A stretch of DNA of 64,000 nt from Azolla caroliniana (Eukaryota; Plantae; Polypodiophyta): assembly GCA_043228905.1 (NCBI GenBank), contig JBHGNT010000013.1, positions 3,906,001 through 3,970,000 of the forward strand, given 5' to 3'. Each line of letters starts with the position of its first letter. Within the stretch, counting starts at the first letter, position 1. This document shows positions 49,747-63,880 of this stretch, piece after piece. The notes beneath the pieces are model-generated. The model was not told the origin of the DNA, searched no databases, and was given only the letters and a program-made list of their open reading frames with translations. The translations under genes and the position numbers were made by a program.

Positions 49747-52700
49747 TGTGAAAGAGGTATTTAACTAAGGACAGGGAGTTGTTATTAATAAATATTATGT
49801 TATTTTGAGAAGTTAAATATTATGTTATTTTGAGAGGCGGGCGAACGAACCAGAATCAATATGCCAATTCGGATCGTTGCCGGTTGCCGGTTGGCATCGG
49901 TTTGTAACTCAACCGGAGACCTATAAAAGGACCCGACAAGAATGTAATAAGAGACGGATAATTAATAAAAATGTTGTTGTTTTAAATATTGTTTAGTGTC
50001 TATTTGGTTACCGTCATGTGCTTTATATCATTAAGCTTACGCGTGTGTTACGATCATTAACAGTATCGATTAGTAACCGATTAAGACCCATTTGATACCA
50101 TGGTCCATCCATATCTCACCGTACCACCCTTTGGTGAAGTGTTCCATAGGGACGCCTTGTGTTAGGGCTTGTCCAGCCTAAAGGATAACACAGTTTTCGG
50201 CGACCACGATTCATGTAGTGAGCAGAGAACACCGGGGGATGGATATCTCAACCGACTAATGACCAAGTCACCGAACGAGGAAGAAGACTAGCCGGAAGAC
50301 AGCAAAGGCGGGAAGCCTTCCAGCAAGTGGCCAACGAGATCCGACAGGATCGTTCTTTTCCTAGAGTGCTAAGGAGGGTCGTGGAAGAAGCACTTTGGTT
50401 CCAAAAACAATAACTTTCCGGCGAGGGCAGTAGTTTGACGAGCCTAAAAGAGGCATAATCGCGACTGTGGACACTTGCCAAAGGCAACGGAGACTCAAAG
50501 GCATTTTCGTCCTTAGAGTCGAAATCAGATAGTGAACAAAGCGCTCAATCGAATTACAAAAGCAGCCACGATACTTCGGACGATCCGGAGGACGTCTAAT
50601 CAGACGGCTCATCAACACCAACCACGGAGAAAGCGGAAAATTGTGCATCGACACCACCCGTGGAGAAAACCGCACACCAACACCACCCGCGGAGGAAGTG
50701 GAAAACCGTGCACCAACACCACCCATAGTGCAAGAACTAGACCACACATCTCCGGTCCAACCTCCCGAAGACTACACCATGCCGTACCCGTATCCGAAGT
50801 ACCACGATGACCCTGACACGGACGAGCACGTCTATGCGTTCCTACAAACATGGGAAGCAAATCATGTGTGCCAAATGCTAACTGAACTGGAAGCCGAACG
50901 GTCAAAAATTGCCAAATTCAGCATGACATTAGAGGGACCAGCGGTCCGCTGGCACGCAAAGCACCTACCCGGAAGCTTTGCCACATTTGAGGCCTTGAAA
51001 ACAAAATTCCTTTGAATATTCCATAGACAAGTGGAACAACGCGAACTAGTCGGTTAGTTTTACACAACCCACCAAGAGGAGCAGGAAACAGTACCCCAAT
51101 TTATCATCCAATTTCAAACATGACAAAGCCAGTTAACAAGGGCACCTCCGGAGGAGGAGACGAAAGCGATGTTCCTAGGTGCTCTACGGGAACCCCTCCG
51201 AACAATGTGCGTGGTGCTAGATTTCTAGGCCAGCACAATGGATCAAGTCATCAATTGGGTGTTGGGAAGGGATAAACATAGCTCCTTGATGACGATGGCA
51301 ACCTTGCAGAGGGTTGTTCTAAATAAGGAGGATCTCAAATTTTGCCAAGTGTTGCAATACACAACGTGTCTAAACCCGGGCCATTCGACGGTAGAGTGCA
51401 CAATGAGGACACAGTGTATGATCTGCCACTCACGGGCACACACAATGGACCGATGCAAGTACAACTTGCTCAACCAACAAGCGGCACCAGTGCGGATCAT
51501 TGAACCACGAAGCAGTCACGAACCAGACCACGAATGGTTCCGGAGGGAGGACCGATACCGACCAGAACGTGGGGATCGGTACAATGATAGAAGACGTGAC
51601 AATTGTGGGCGCGATCGCGATGACTGACGTAGGGAAGGCTACAACCGAGATCGGTATGAATGGGACTACTCCCCAGATTACGACCAGAGAAGGGATGCTT
51701 ATGACCAAGATCGGTATGATAGGAACCAAGATTATAAGGGTGACTAGTATGGTCGTGACTACTCTTCAAGCTACAACCAGAGGAGGGAGGACCAACGAGG
51801 AGACTACGAAGGCCGGTAGCGGCCGGGTTACAAGAACAATAGATGCTTTATTAAGAAACGGAACTTTCGGAAAGAGGATCGTCGAGAGAAGGCAAAGGAG
51901 TACCAACGAGAGCCGGATAGGGGCATAAGTAGCGCCCAACCGGAACAAAGAAGAACAGAATAACCTAACCGAGTGGTAACCGGATTTCAACCGTGTACCA
52001 GGCCGAAAGTAGAATCTAGCAATACCCGTAAAGCGTATTTTTACTATTGCCGCCAGGAAGGCCATTACAGCAACCAATGTCCGGTTAAAAGTAACGAAGA
52101 ACGACCGATTGTCAATATGTGGTAGCAAAAGTAGCGGATATACAACAAGTCACCACCAGATCAAAAGGAAAGACAGTGGAGTGGGAAGCACAAGAGGCCA
52201 TGTACGAAAACAGACCATTGAATAGATTGAAAATGCCAACGAACGCAATGTCATCGAAATGAAAGAGCATATGAATACAATGGAGGAACTCATCGTAAAG
52301 GCACAACCGAAGTACCCCACGTGGCAAGCACTTTAGGAATGCCAAATCACTTTACCACAAGGCCGGTTACTACAACTAGTGCCCCAGTTCACTGACAGGT
52401 TGAAATCGGCGATGGCTCCATAAAGTCCTGCACCGGCTGTGGCATTCTTTTCAAATCCAGAGGAAGGACCAGCAGTCCTGCAATCACTACGATGATTAAA
52501 GGATGGGAGCTACCAGGTATGATAGTCGATGGCGAATCAAGAGTAAACGTGATAAGCTTTCAAACATGCGACACTTTGGGAATTCAGGAATGGGAACCAT
52601 GCTCATTGTGGCTACACATGGCGGACACCAGCTCAGTCCGACCGGTCGACTTGATCCGGGACTTGGAGGTGACGATCGAATTTCTACAGTAGTGCTCCAG

Positions 52701-53276
52701 CTGAACGCTCAAGGGGCATACCTACTACTGCTGGGACGTCCATGGTTGAGGGTTGCCCGTATCAAACAGAACTGGCAAAAGAACAATATTACGTTCTGAA
52801 GAGGGAAAACGAAAGTAAGAGTACCCATGAAACCTCAAGCAAGCCCCGACAAAGACGTAACCCCACTATATGTCGAAAGCGTGAACATGCTGGCAGGACT
52901 TGCTGATGAGGAGGTAGACCGCTACCTTGAAGAAAACCCAAGGATAGTCCCTCTGTTCGAAGTGGACGTGGCAGAAGCGGTATCTCCATACATGGTGCAA
53001 ACGAAAGAGGCCGGTGAGGAACCTGATAAGGATGCAATCCGGGAACTGCGGCAAGCATAGGAGGCCTTGGAACAGGAAATGGTAGTATCTCAACAAGTAA
53101 AGGTGTCCGAACTAGAAGAAGTAAATTTGGGCACCGGAGAAGTAGTGTGTCCGGTACACGTGGCCAAGGAGATGCCACCGGAAGACAAATCGGCAATGAT
53201 AACATTATTAAAAGAATTCCGGGATGTATTCGCCTAGTCCTACGAAGTTATGCAGGGACTTGACCCCCAACTCTAT

Positions 53277-53925
53277 TGTGAAAGTGATTTTAGAATTCAA
53301 GGTATTGGACACTACAAGAATATAATTTATGAAGCATTCACATCCACAGGTCAAGAACACGAGCTAAGGTTTCGACGATAAGTCAAACAAAAAGCAAGGC
53401 ACGTGGAGAAAAGTAAAAGAAGAAAAAACCAGGTCACCAAAACACAGTCTGAAACGAACGCTCATAACTCATTCATTTGGACTCCAAATATCATGTTCAA
53501 ATAGGGGTTAGAAATATTATGAAGAGAGCTATCTGTAGCTTTTTAAAGCTCTACATTTCGAGCTTGGATGACGGAGATATGATGATTAGAAGATCGTTGT
53601 GTCATAGCTAAGAATAGGAGATGGAAAAGCTCTAAAAAAGAGTGGAAAAGAATTCAAGGGAAACTTATCTAGTGGAAGAGAACTTTATATAAAGCGAGAA
53701 GAGTAAGGTGGTGGAGAAGGGGAGTCTCTTTCTTGTGGTGTTTGTCTCAAGTGCCTATTCATGTAGTGCGTTTTTCTAGTGATCAATTTATCCTTGTAGG
53801 CTTGAGTTTATGTATCTTCTTTTTCTCTTACTTATACCATAATCATTCATTATCAATAAATCTCTGTTGTTTTGGATCTATATATCTTATTTATCTCTCT
53901 TTTTTATCATCTCTCTCTCTCATCA
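53277..53925. repeat. solo LTR in gypsy pol
   Basis: tgtga...catca ends, perfect TSD tctat. Confidence 0.85.
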
Positions 53926-54679
53926 TCTATCAACACCAGACTCACCTCAACAAGGACGCTAAGCCGGTGGCACAGCGACACAATCGGATGAACCCAAACT
54001 ACAGGGCAAGAGTAAAGGAGGAAATTGACAATCTACTTCGCGTCTTCTTTATCCGGTCGATGAAGAAAGCCACTTGGCTAAGTCCAATTCTTGTAGTACC
54101 GAAGAAGAATGGCAAGATCCGTGTTTGCGTGGATTACCAGAAATTGAACGCAGCAACGGTCACCGACGCATTTCCGCTTCCATTTACGGCTGGTGTTTTA
54201 GATGCGGTAGCCAGGCATGAGGTTTATAGCTTCCTCGATGGTTTCAACGGATATAACCAAATAAGGATGTACCCAGACGATCAAGAAAAGATGATGTTCG
54301 TGACAGAATGGGGAGTCTTTGTAGTAGTTGTAATGATGTTCGGACTAAAGACGGCGCCGTCAACCTTTCAGATGATTATTATTGAAGTATTTGGAGAATT
54401 CATACCGACATTTATGCAGGTATTCTTGGATGACTTCGCGGTATATAGCCGGAAAGGGGTGACAGGAACTCAACGCTCAAATAAGGATGTACCCAGACGA
54501 TCAAGAAAAGATGATGTTCGTGACAGAATGGGGAGTCTTTGTAGTAGTTGTAATGATGTTCGGAATAAAGACGGCGCCGTCAACCTTTCAGATGATTATT
54601 ATTGAAGTATTTGGAGAATTCATACCGACATTTATGCAGGTATTCTTGGATGACTTCGCGGTATATAGCCGGAAAGGGG

Positions 54680-55379
54680 TGACAGGAACTCAACGCTCCT
54701 TATGCACAAAGCTCGGCCACAACCGAGATTCTTTTCATACACAGAAAACAAGAAACGAAAAACACGACTCAAAGGAGAGGAAGGTACACAGGAGGTTTAC
54801 GTGGAAAACCCAAAGAGGGAAAAACCATGGCAGCCCACAGGCTGCAAACTGTCACTATGTGGGAATGTACAACAGTGAGTTCACTGAGGCAACGACCTCG
54901 TGCTCACAGATCTTCGCCACAGGCGGCGGTTACAACAGAGGCAACGACCTCTTTCTCTCTCTCTCTCTCTGTACACTATTACGTGCTCTCTCTTCTTCTT
55001 GCACCAACAGGGAAAAATGACAACAACCACAGTTAAAAGTTTGCCCTAAGTCATATTTATACTAATATGACTTTTCGGCTATTTACAAATGTAGCCTCGA
55101 TGGGCTCTCAGAAACATATTTACGAATATGTTTCTTCCTTCGGTTTACACCGGGCCTGTATCATCCGGCTCTCCGTAGCCGGGTACTCCTCATCCGGTTC
55201 ACACCGGGCCTGTATCATCTGGCTCTCCGTAGCCGAGTACTCCTCATCCGGTTCACACCGGGCCTGTATCATCCAGCTCTCCATAGCCGGGTACTCATCA
55301 TACCGTTTCGGCCTCGGCCGAGTTTGTTCGTCGGCACTGTTCTTCTCCCTTCCCATCCGGAGGGACCTGTCTCCCAACA
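54680..55379 (-). repeat. solo LTR in gypsy RT, same family as 40592-41407
   Basis: Perfect TSD agggg; reverse-complement match to 40592-41407 with fewer 54-bp units. Confidence 0.9.
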
Positions 55380-57641
55380 AGGGGAACATCTCCACCATCT
55401 CAGGTTATGCTTGGAAAAGTGCAGAGGTTACCGGTTAAGCCTGAACCCAACACAATGCGTGTTCGGTGTGACCAACGACACATTGCTAGGTCATATTGTT
55501 AGCAAGGAAGGGATTGTCGTGGACCCGGATAAGGTCAAGGCTATTTTGCAGGCACCGACACCGACGACCGCCAAGGCATTAAGCCGGTTCTTAGGATAGA
55601 TCCGGTGGCATAGCCGGATGCTCCGGTACTTGGCAGACCTCGCCACGCCACTACATGCAGCTCTACGCCGGACATCGTGTAAATGGAAGGATGAATAGGA
55701 CAAGGCTTACCGCATAGTCAAGGTAATGTTGTCACAAGCACCAGTGGTACAACCCCCGGACTGGTCAAAAGAGTTCCATGTCTTCGTGGACGCGTCGGAT
55801 ATCGTAATCGGCAGCGTACTCATGCAACTTACCGAACCTAAGTGGTACCAGCCGATGTATTACGCTAGCTGGAAGCTGTCAAAGGCAGAGCGAAATTATT
55901 CCACTACGGAAAGAGAAGCCCTAGGAATACCGTCATTATTTGTTGGGTTGCATGTTTTCATTCCATGTAGACCATTCAACGCTTTTATACTCAGTCTCAA
56001 AGGCATCACTCACCGGCAAGCTGGCCCGATGGACATTATTATTACAAGAATTCGAATTTGAGATCTATCACCGGCCGGGCATACAACATGCAGTTGCCGA
56101 TTACTTGAGCTGGTTAGAATCCGGAGAGACCTGTGACGGTGTTCAAGATGACTTTCCGGATGCCGAATTGTTTAAAATTACAGCGAAAACCATGGTAGAG
56201 GGGACGGTTAGAGACGAGGACAAATGGCTAACGAACATGCACCAGTTCTTAAGCATCGAACTACCCCCTAGAGGAGATGAACCGGGATGAATGTAAATGG
56301 TTGGTGGTGCAAAGCCGACACTCTTGTCTAGTGCAGGATACACTATATCACAAAGGAGCGCCTAGTATATGGCGGCAAGTGGTCCGAGTGATGAAAAAGA
56401 CACCATTTTAAGGGAAACGCATTGCGGGGTCGCCCGAGGACATTATGCCGGAGAAGTTACGGTAAGGAAAATATGGCGCAATGGCTTATGGTGGCCAACG
56501 ACACTAAAGGACTTGGTCTGATATACGAAGGAATGTGATCTGTGTCGAAGAATGGGCCAACCAACGGAACAAGCGCGTATGCCGGACCAACCGGTACTAC
56601 CTCTAGAGCCATTCTAGAAATGTGGCTAGCTGGACTTCGTTGGACTATCAAGCCACCGACAATGCGAACCGGCAACATGTACATAATTGTAGCCACAGAT
56701 TACTGTACAAAATGGGTGGAAACCAAGGCACTACATGACAATACGGCGGCGTCGACGACAAAGTTCCTGTATGAGTACATCTGGTGCTGGTATGGATATC
56801 CAATTGAATTAATCAGTGACCAAGGTGGACACTTCCTCGGCCAAGTGGTGGAAAGCCTAACAACATTTTATCCAGTCGTACACAAGTGAAGCACCCCTTA
56901 TTACCTGCAGGCCAATGGATTGACCAAATCCACCAATAAAACTCTGCAAAACATTCTCCGGAAGATTGTCAATGAGAACCAAACCAATTGGGATACAAAG
57001 CTGCACAACGCATTATGGGCTTACCGGACGGCATACAAAACAAATATCTGGACAACACCATTTCGGTTAGCGTTTGGTCTCGAAGCGGTGATGCCAATAG
57101 AATTCCAGATTCCAAGCTTACGGATACAGGTCCGGGAGTAGCTGAGCGAGAAGGAGTTAGAAAAAATCCAGTTAGCAACACTATGCGAGTTGGAGAAGCA
57201 CCAAATAGCGAGCCTAATGCAAAAATGGAACTCGAGCAACAACGAAGGAAAGCATTCGTCAACCGCCACCGGAAGGGTAATGAGAAGATGTTTGGAATCG
57301 GCAAGCCAGTACTAGTGTTCCAGACCTGGATGGGCAAGATGCTAGGGAAGCTACGGTTCTGGTGGACTGAACCATATTGGATAACGCGAGAGTTCAACGA
57401 CTCATATCAGCTGGGAATGCTAGCCGGCGAGGTGTTGGACAAGTGGGTAAATGGGTTCCCACTTAAACCATATTATGGACCCATGCCACATAACCTGTTT
57501 CATCAACCGAAGAACAATGCGGAAATAGGCAGCGGGAAGCAGTTGGGCGGCAACCAGGGAGCCGGCGTTACCACGGAACCAGAACTAGAAAAAAAGAAGA
57601 AGGATGACATGCATGCGTAGGAATCGAGAAAGGCGCCAGGC

Positions 57642-58442
57642 ATGGGAACACGAAACCTCCATCTCGCAGAGTCTCTCTCATTTCGTGAACACAGAGCACT
57701 AAGCGCACAAAGGACAATACAAGTAAGCAGATGGATGCAAGAAACACATACAAGCACAACGGCCCTACCCACCCCCACTGAACCAAACGACGAGATGGAA
57801 CTTATGGAACTTTCCGAAACAGCAAAGAAGTTGTCCAACCAACATGACTTGGGAGGCTTCTTGAGGATAGCAGAGGCACTGCTACACAACGAGGAAAAAG
57901 AAGTCGTGCATAAAATCGACACAGAAGTCATAACAGAGGAAGCCATCCATGCTCTAATCGGATTGCCGGAAGGCGGCATCTACTCCATTGAGAACCCCAC
58001 TCCCAAAATGCTAACCAAGTTTTTTGGCGAGTATTCCCTCGCCAACAAGGTTCACCAAACACAGGGCGGCGAGGACCCCCTGTTCAGAGAAGTGGCTTGT
58101 GTCCTCCATGAGTATGGGTTCGTGTACCCCCAACCCTTGGCAATGCCAAAGAACAAAGTCGGCTTCATCATTGCTACATACACAGGGGTGCAAGTGGATT
58201 GGCCGGTAATCATCACAGATTGCTTGCGGACGACGATAAAATCAGTGCAGAACGACAAGAAATTATGGACGGTCGTGGCTCAATGGCTGACTCTCTTGGC
58301 GTCCCCGGTGGAGCCGGTAAACACAAAGAAGCGGGTTCGAGTAACGGAGACCACGCCCAACAAACCTTCAAAACGACAGCAACTCCTGGCCAAGCACACG
58401 CCTGGATGGAAAGAGGGCAGTACCTCGGAACAAGGGAAATAA
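57642..58442 (+). CDS. additional 3' ORF of the gypsy element, unknown function (266 aa)
   Basis: Open 800-bp frame directly downstream of integrase, a position typical of extra ORFs in Tat/Athila-type elements. Confidence 0.55.
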   Translation: MGTRNLHLAESLSFREHRALSAQRTIQVSRWMQETHTSTTALPTPTEPNDEMELMELSETAKKLSNQHDLGGFLRIAEALLHNEEKEVVHKIDTEVITEEAIHALIGLPEGGIYSIENPTPKMLTKFFGEYSLANKVHQTQGGEDPLFREVACVLHEYGFVYPQPLAMPKNKVGFIIATYTGVQVDWPVIITDCLRTTIKSVQNDKKLWTVVAQWLTLLASPVEPVNTKKRVRVTETTPNKPSKRQQLLAKHTPGWKEGSTSEQGK

Positions 58443-60382
58443 CCGTGTTGAGAATCAAGCTCAACTTGGTCTAGTATGTGAACTCACCTTGAGAGTGAAT
58501 AAACATTCCAACGGTCAAGAGTCACCATTATGTCACCTCTTTGTATTCTAACATTTAGTATGAGTCGTAGAATCATATTCTATAACACATAACTTATGAG
58601 CTTTCACATTCCCCATGCTCCATGAGTCTTGTAATTAATGAAGAGAGAGGGTGACTATATAAAGCACCCTCCTCCCACCTTGTATTTTGTCGAGTCTTTC
58701 TCCTTTGTTAATATAATCTACCTTGTGTATACTCTGTGTCTTACTCCTTTTCTCTCTCACTCACTCTCTCTCTCTCATACACACACACAGTTCACACCTA
58801 TTCTGCTACACAAGAATCATACCCGATTCTTTACATGGTATTAGAGCGATTTGGTAGCTCGATCTAGTTCATTCGCCTCATCGTGATCGTGTGTTGTGCT
58901 CTACGCCGACGACCAGGAACCGGCTCATCGCTATCGTAGCTTCGCTACATAGCTCGCATTCGAAGAGAGAAGAAGAAGAAGAAGAAGAATCGACATAATG
59001 AATACTCAAATGGGGAGCGCTCTCCCTACCGAGAAGTTGGATCCAAATAACTTTGCATCTTGAGAGTACTAGATGCACCAATACCTTGTCGAACAAGGCT
59101 ATTTGAGCTACATCAAAGGAGAGCACGAGGACCGACCCACCGAAGTGGCTCCCGGATACGCGGCAAGCCGCAAGCCGCGTGATGTATTGCTTGGTGACAT
59201 GTGTTCACGATCACATGCTCGGCTACATTCGTGAAGCCAAGACGCCGAAGAAGGCACAGGAAAATCTATGAAAGATTTTCGTGGCGAACAGAACCGCAAG
59301 AAGGCTTCAACTCCGCCAAGAGTTGAACAACATTCAACAAAGGGACATGTCCATCACGACATACACCTTGAAGATAAAGGAGCTTTGCGACTCGCTCGGC
59401 TCGATAAGCATAAGTATAGATGATGATGAGATGGTGCAAATATGCCTCGGCGGCCTCTCACCACGGTTCGGCGCAATGCGAACCGCTGTTCTAGCAAGGG
59501 AGAAATCTCCCTCCTTCTTCGAGCTCCAATCAATGCTATTGGTCGAAGAAAACCACGTGCGTACAAGGAGCAATGAGTCGGAAGGTCACATGATCTACAC
59601 CCACTCAAACGGAGGAAGACGACGCGAATGAGTGAGAGGCCGATTCGGCCAAGGAAAAGGTGGACGAGGTCCGACCTACGACAACAACTCCCAATTTCGG
59701 CCGCAAAATGGAAGCCAACGAGGAACCTTCGCAAGAAGCGGGAGCTTCCACTCAGGCCCGAGTCATCAAAATGCAACCGAATGTGGATATTGCGGAAAGC
59801 TTGGCCACCAGGAAGAAGAGTGCCGAAAGAAGATGCCGACAACTCACGAATTACGCACACAACTCTGACTACGAAGATCGCGGCGGAATGTATGCACACA
59901 ACTCTGACTGTGGTGGAATGTACGAGCATAACTCCGACTACGAAGATCGTGGCGGAATGTATGCACACAACTCCGACCGTGGCGGAATGTTCATGATGAA
60001 ACATAGAGCAAACTCTATGTCGGCCTCTACCTCAACTAGTGCCTCCGGTCTGGAAGACGTATGGTTCGTCCATTCCAGGGCCTCGAACCATATGACATCG
60101 CATCAAGAATGGTTCCGAGAACTTCGAGAGCCAGAACGACCCGGCTATGTTGAAACCGGAGATGACACTACGCACTCGATTCGGCACATCGGCAATGTTC
60201 CGTTCGGAAAAGAAGGTAAGCAAAATTACATTAAAATTGTCTTACATGTACCGACTATTATGAAGAATTTGGTCTCCATTGGCCAAATTGTAGAGCAAGG
60301 GATGCAAGTTAGATTTAATCAAGGCGGTTGCTTCATCGAAAAAGAGGGCCGACTCATCGCACGCGGATGAAGAGAGGGCCGA

Positions 60383-62029
60383 ATGTTCATTCTCGACTCA
60401 CACGAGATGAAATCGGCCATGTTCGCAAAGGGCATGAAAGCCGACTCCGACATAGAGCTATGGCACAAGCGAATCGGCCACATCAATCTCAACAAACTCA
60501 AAGAAATGAAATCGAAAGGAGTCGTCATCGGACTTCCGACATTCAAAGAGAAGGAGATTGAAGGTGTATGCGAAGCGTGCCAATTCGGCAAGCAACACCG
60601 ACACCCATTCTTGAAAGAGCGGAATGTGAGCAAAGGTCTACTCGATGTAGTCCATTCCGACGTATGGGGACCGGCACAGACGGCTACATTCGGCGGATGC
60701 CGATATTACATACTCCTCATCAACGACTTCTCTAGGCACACTTCGATCTACCCGATGCGGAAAAAGAGCGAAGTTTTCAGACACTTCCAAAAATTCAAGA
60801 ATAAAGTCGAGAAAGCCACGGGCCGACATGTACGATGCCTTCGATTGGATGGCGGCAAGGAGTACTTCTCGAACGATTTCATTGTGTATCTCCGAAAGGA
60901 AGGAATTCGGCGAGAATTTAGTTGTCGACACACTCCGCAACAAAACGGAGTAGCCGAGCGCAAAAATCGGCACATTCTCGAAGTAGCGCGGGCCATGATG
61001 AACAAGAAGCATATGCCCAAGTCATTTTGGGCCGAAGCTGCAAATACGGCCGTCTATCTAATGAACCGGTCCACAACATCCGGAGTGCATGAGGTCACTC
61101 CGCACGAAAAATACTTTGGAAAAAAGCTAGACTTATCGCACACCCGGATATTCGGCGCGATAGCGTACGTGCACATCCCCGACGAGAAGCGTCAAAAGCT
61201 TGACCCGAAGTCGGAGAAATGTATCCTCGTAAGATACTCACTGGAGCAAAAGGGGTACAAGTGCTACAACCCCTCAACTCGAAAATCTCGAGTAAGTCGA
61301 GACGTCGTTTTTGACGAGTCTGCATCTTGGTACGCACGAAAGAAAACTTCGACACTGACTCCGCTCGACCCAGAATCCGCCGAACAAGAGATAGTGGATG
61401 AAGATCGCCTTACGTGCATGTTCAAAGAAAGTCCGATCACGATCCGACTTAGCGGACCACAAGAGCCTTTGAGCGATCAAAGCATATCACAGCCTAGCCC
61501 GAAGATGGACAAAGGCAAGGCGAAAATGGCGGAATACGAAGACGATCGCTTCGACGACGATGAGTCGACTCACTCAGTCGACAGTGAGTTCAGCGGCTTC
61601 GATGTACCAATCGGAGCTAAGAAAGCCCTCATCTCTGCAAATGAAAAGCTCCATCACGCCACTGGTGAAAAGAACCCGGTCAGCCGATTCGGCTACAACG
61701 ACTACATGGCATATCACTATGCCTTTATGATGAAGGTGGTGACAGTACGCGAGCCGGAAACATTTTCCGAAGCAGCCAAGGATCCGCGATGGATCGAAGC
61801 CATGAACGAGGAGATGCAGGCACTACGCAAGAACGAGACACGGGATCTCGTTCCCACCTCACCACACAAAAATGCGATCGGATGCAGATGGATTTACAAA
61901 GTGAAGTACAACACCAACAATTCCGTCAACCGCTATAAAGCGCGACTCGTAGCGAAGGGCTACGCACAAACGCATGGAGTTGACTACGAAGAGACCTTTG
62001 CCCCGGTGGCAAAGATGACGACAGTATAG
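60383..62029 (+). pseudogene. copia C integrase and start of RT (longest open piece of pol)
   Basis: 548-aa ORF with HHCC, DDE core (VHSDVWGP, LDGGKEY, NGVAERKN) and YKARLVAKG. Confidence 0.92.
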
Positions 62030-63074
62030 ACCGTAATTGCGCTTGTCGTGGCGAAAGGGTGGCACCTCCATCAAATGGACGTCAAGAATGCCTTCCTACA
62101 AGGTGAATTAGAATAGGAGGTTTACATGATACAACCATCCGAAAACTATATGCCGGCTCAAGAAGCCACTCTATGACCTCAAGCAAGCACCGTGTGCTTG
62201 GCATTCGAAGATAACACTATATCTTCATCAAATCGGCTTCCGTATGTCAAAATCGGACAACTCTCTCTACATACGAAGCGATTCCGCAAGTCCGATCGTC
62301 ATCATCTTATATGTGGATGACCTAGTCATTGGAGGTGAGCATCTCGTCGAAATCAATAAGGTCAAATCCCTCCTTTCCGACAAGTTCGAGATGACGGACA
62401 TGAAGGAGCTCCACTACTTCCTCGGCATCAAGGTAATTCGATCTCCGACCGGAATCATGATCTCTCAACAACACTACGTCCTCAACTTGTTATACAAGTT
62501 CGGTATGGCTGAGTGCAGATCCGCGGCAACCCCGCTCGATCACAATCTCAAACTGGATGCGAACTCCGGCACCAAAGCGTGTGAGTCGACTCAGTATCGG
62601 CAACTCATCGGGAGTCTCATCTAGCTCACGATCACTCGACCCGATCTCAGTTATCCAGTCGGTCTCCTTAGTCAATTCATGCAAACACTGTGTGATACTC
62701 ACTTGGATTGCGCTAAGCAAGTTCTACGATACATGAGCGGCACAATGGATTGCGGCATCCTCCACAAGACCGCAATGCCAATACAACCCAAGGGGCACAC
62801 AAGACGCCGATTGGACCGGCTACAAAGCTGATAGAAGATCAACCTCCGTATTTATTTTCTCCCTCGGCAGCGGAGCAATATCTTGGAGCAGCAAAAAGCA
62901 ACCAAACGTCGCTCTTTCGTGCACAAAGGCAGAATACAGGGGCCTGACAGTGGCCACATGTTAAATAGTATGGCTCAAAAGTATACTCAAGGATCTGGGC
63001 GTAACCATCAAGGATCCGCTTTCCCTTTACTGCGACAACATGAGCAATATCTATCTGGCTTGGAACCCAGTGTT

Positions 63075-63880
63075 CCACGCGTGGACAAAGCACATCGAAG
63101 TGCTCTATCACTTCATCCAAGAGCGCGTTGTAGCTGGCGATGTCGAACTACAACACATTAGCACCAATCTTCAAATGGCTAACATCTTCACTAAAGCCTT
63201 AGTAGCCAACAAACTGTGGCAATTCATGACCGATTTCGTATTGACCATCCCTGACCTACAAGCTTGAGGGGGAGTACTAAAGACACTACGCAATAACGCA
63301 TGGATTACGCAACCACGCAACGAAGCCGCGAAGAGCCGATCTACCATGCAAAGCCATGAAGAAAGGCGCAAGCCGAAGCACAGACTTCGCAACTACGCAC
63401 AACGCAATCTGGAGCACGGATTCTGCAACTCCGCATAAATGCAAGTCGATGCGGACTCCGGAACGCGAGTCAAAGCGCCACGCATGGACAAAGCACATCG
63501 AAGTGCTCTATCACTTCATCTGAGAGCGCGTTGTAGCTGGTGATGTCGAACTACAACACATTAGCACCAATCTTCAAATGGCTAACATCTTCACTAAAGC
63601 CTTAGGAGCCAACAAGCTGTGGCAATTCATGACCGATCTCAGATTGACGATCCCTGACCTACAAGCTTGAGGGGGAGTACTAAAGACACTACACAATAAC
63701 GCATGGATTTCGCAACCGCGCAACGAAGTCGCGAAGAGCCGATCTACCACGCAAAGCCACGAAGAAAGGCGCAAGCCGAAGCACAAACTTCGCAACTACG
63801 CACAACGCAATCTGGAGCACGGATTCTACAACTCCGCATAAATGCAAGTCGATGCGGACTCCGGAACGCGAGTCGAAGCG
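63075..63880. repeat. 403-bp tandem duplication of the RNase H end and 3' UTR of copia C
   Basis: ccacgc(g/a)tggacaaagcacatcg begins at 63075 and 63478. Confidence 0.9.

Larger units (their letters stand above)
49747..58445 (+). mobile_element. non-chromovirus (Tat/OTA-like) gypsy element, decayed; 3' part displaced beyond the window by copia C
   Basis: LTR ~49747-50192, PBS-like cggcgaccac, gag 50641-52100, protease (MIVDGES), RT (VCVDYQKLN, FLDDF), RNase H (VFVDASD), integrase (TKWVETKAL), extra 3' ORF 57642-58442. Related to the element at 34205-38772. Confidence 0.85.

Noticed and set aside
53733-55020. Novel membrane-anchored or duplicated reverse transcriptase
   Set aside because: The hydrophobic N-terminus is read from a solo LTR (53277-53925) and the repeated RT segment is a 220-bp tandem duplication
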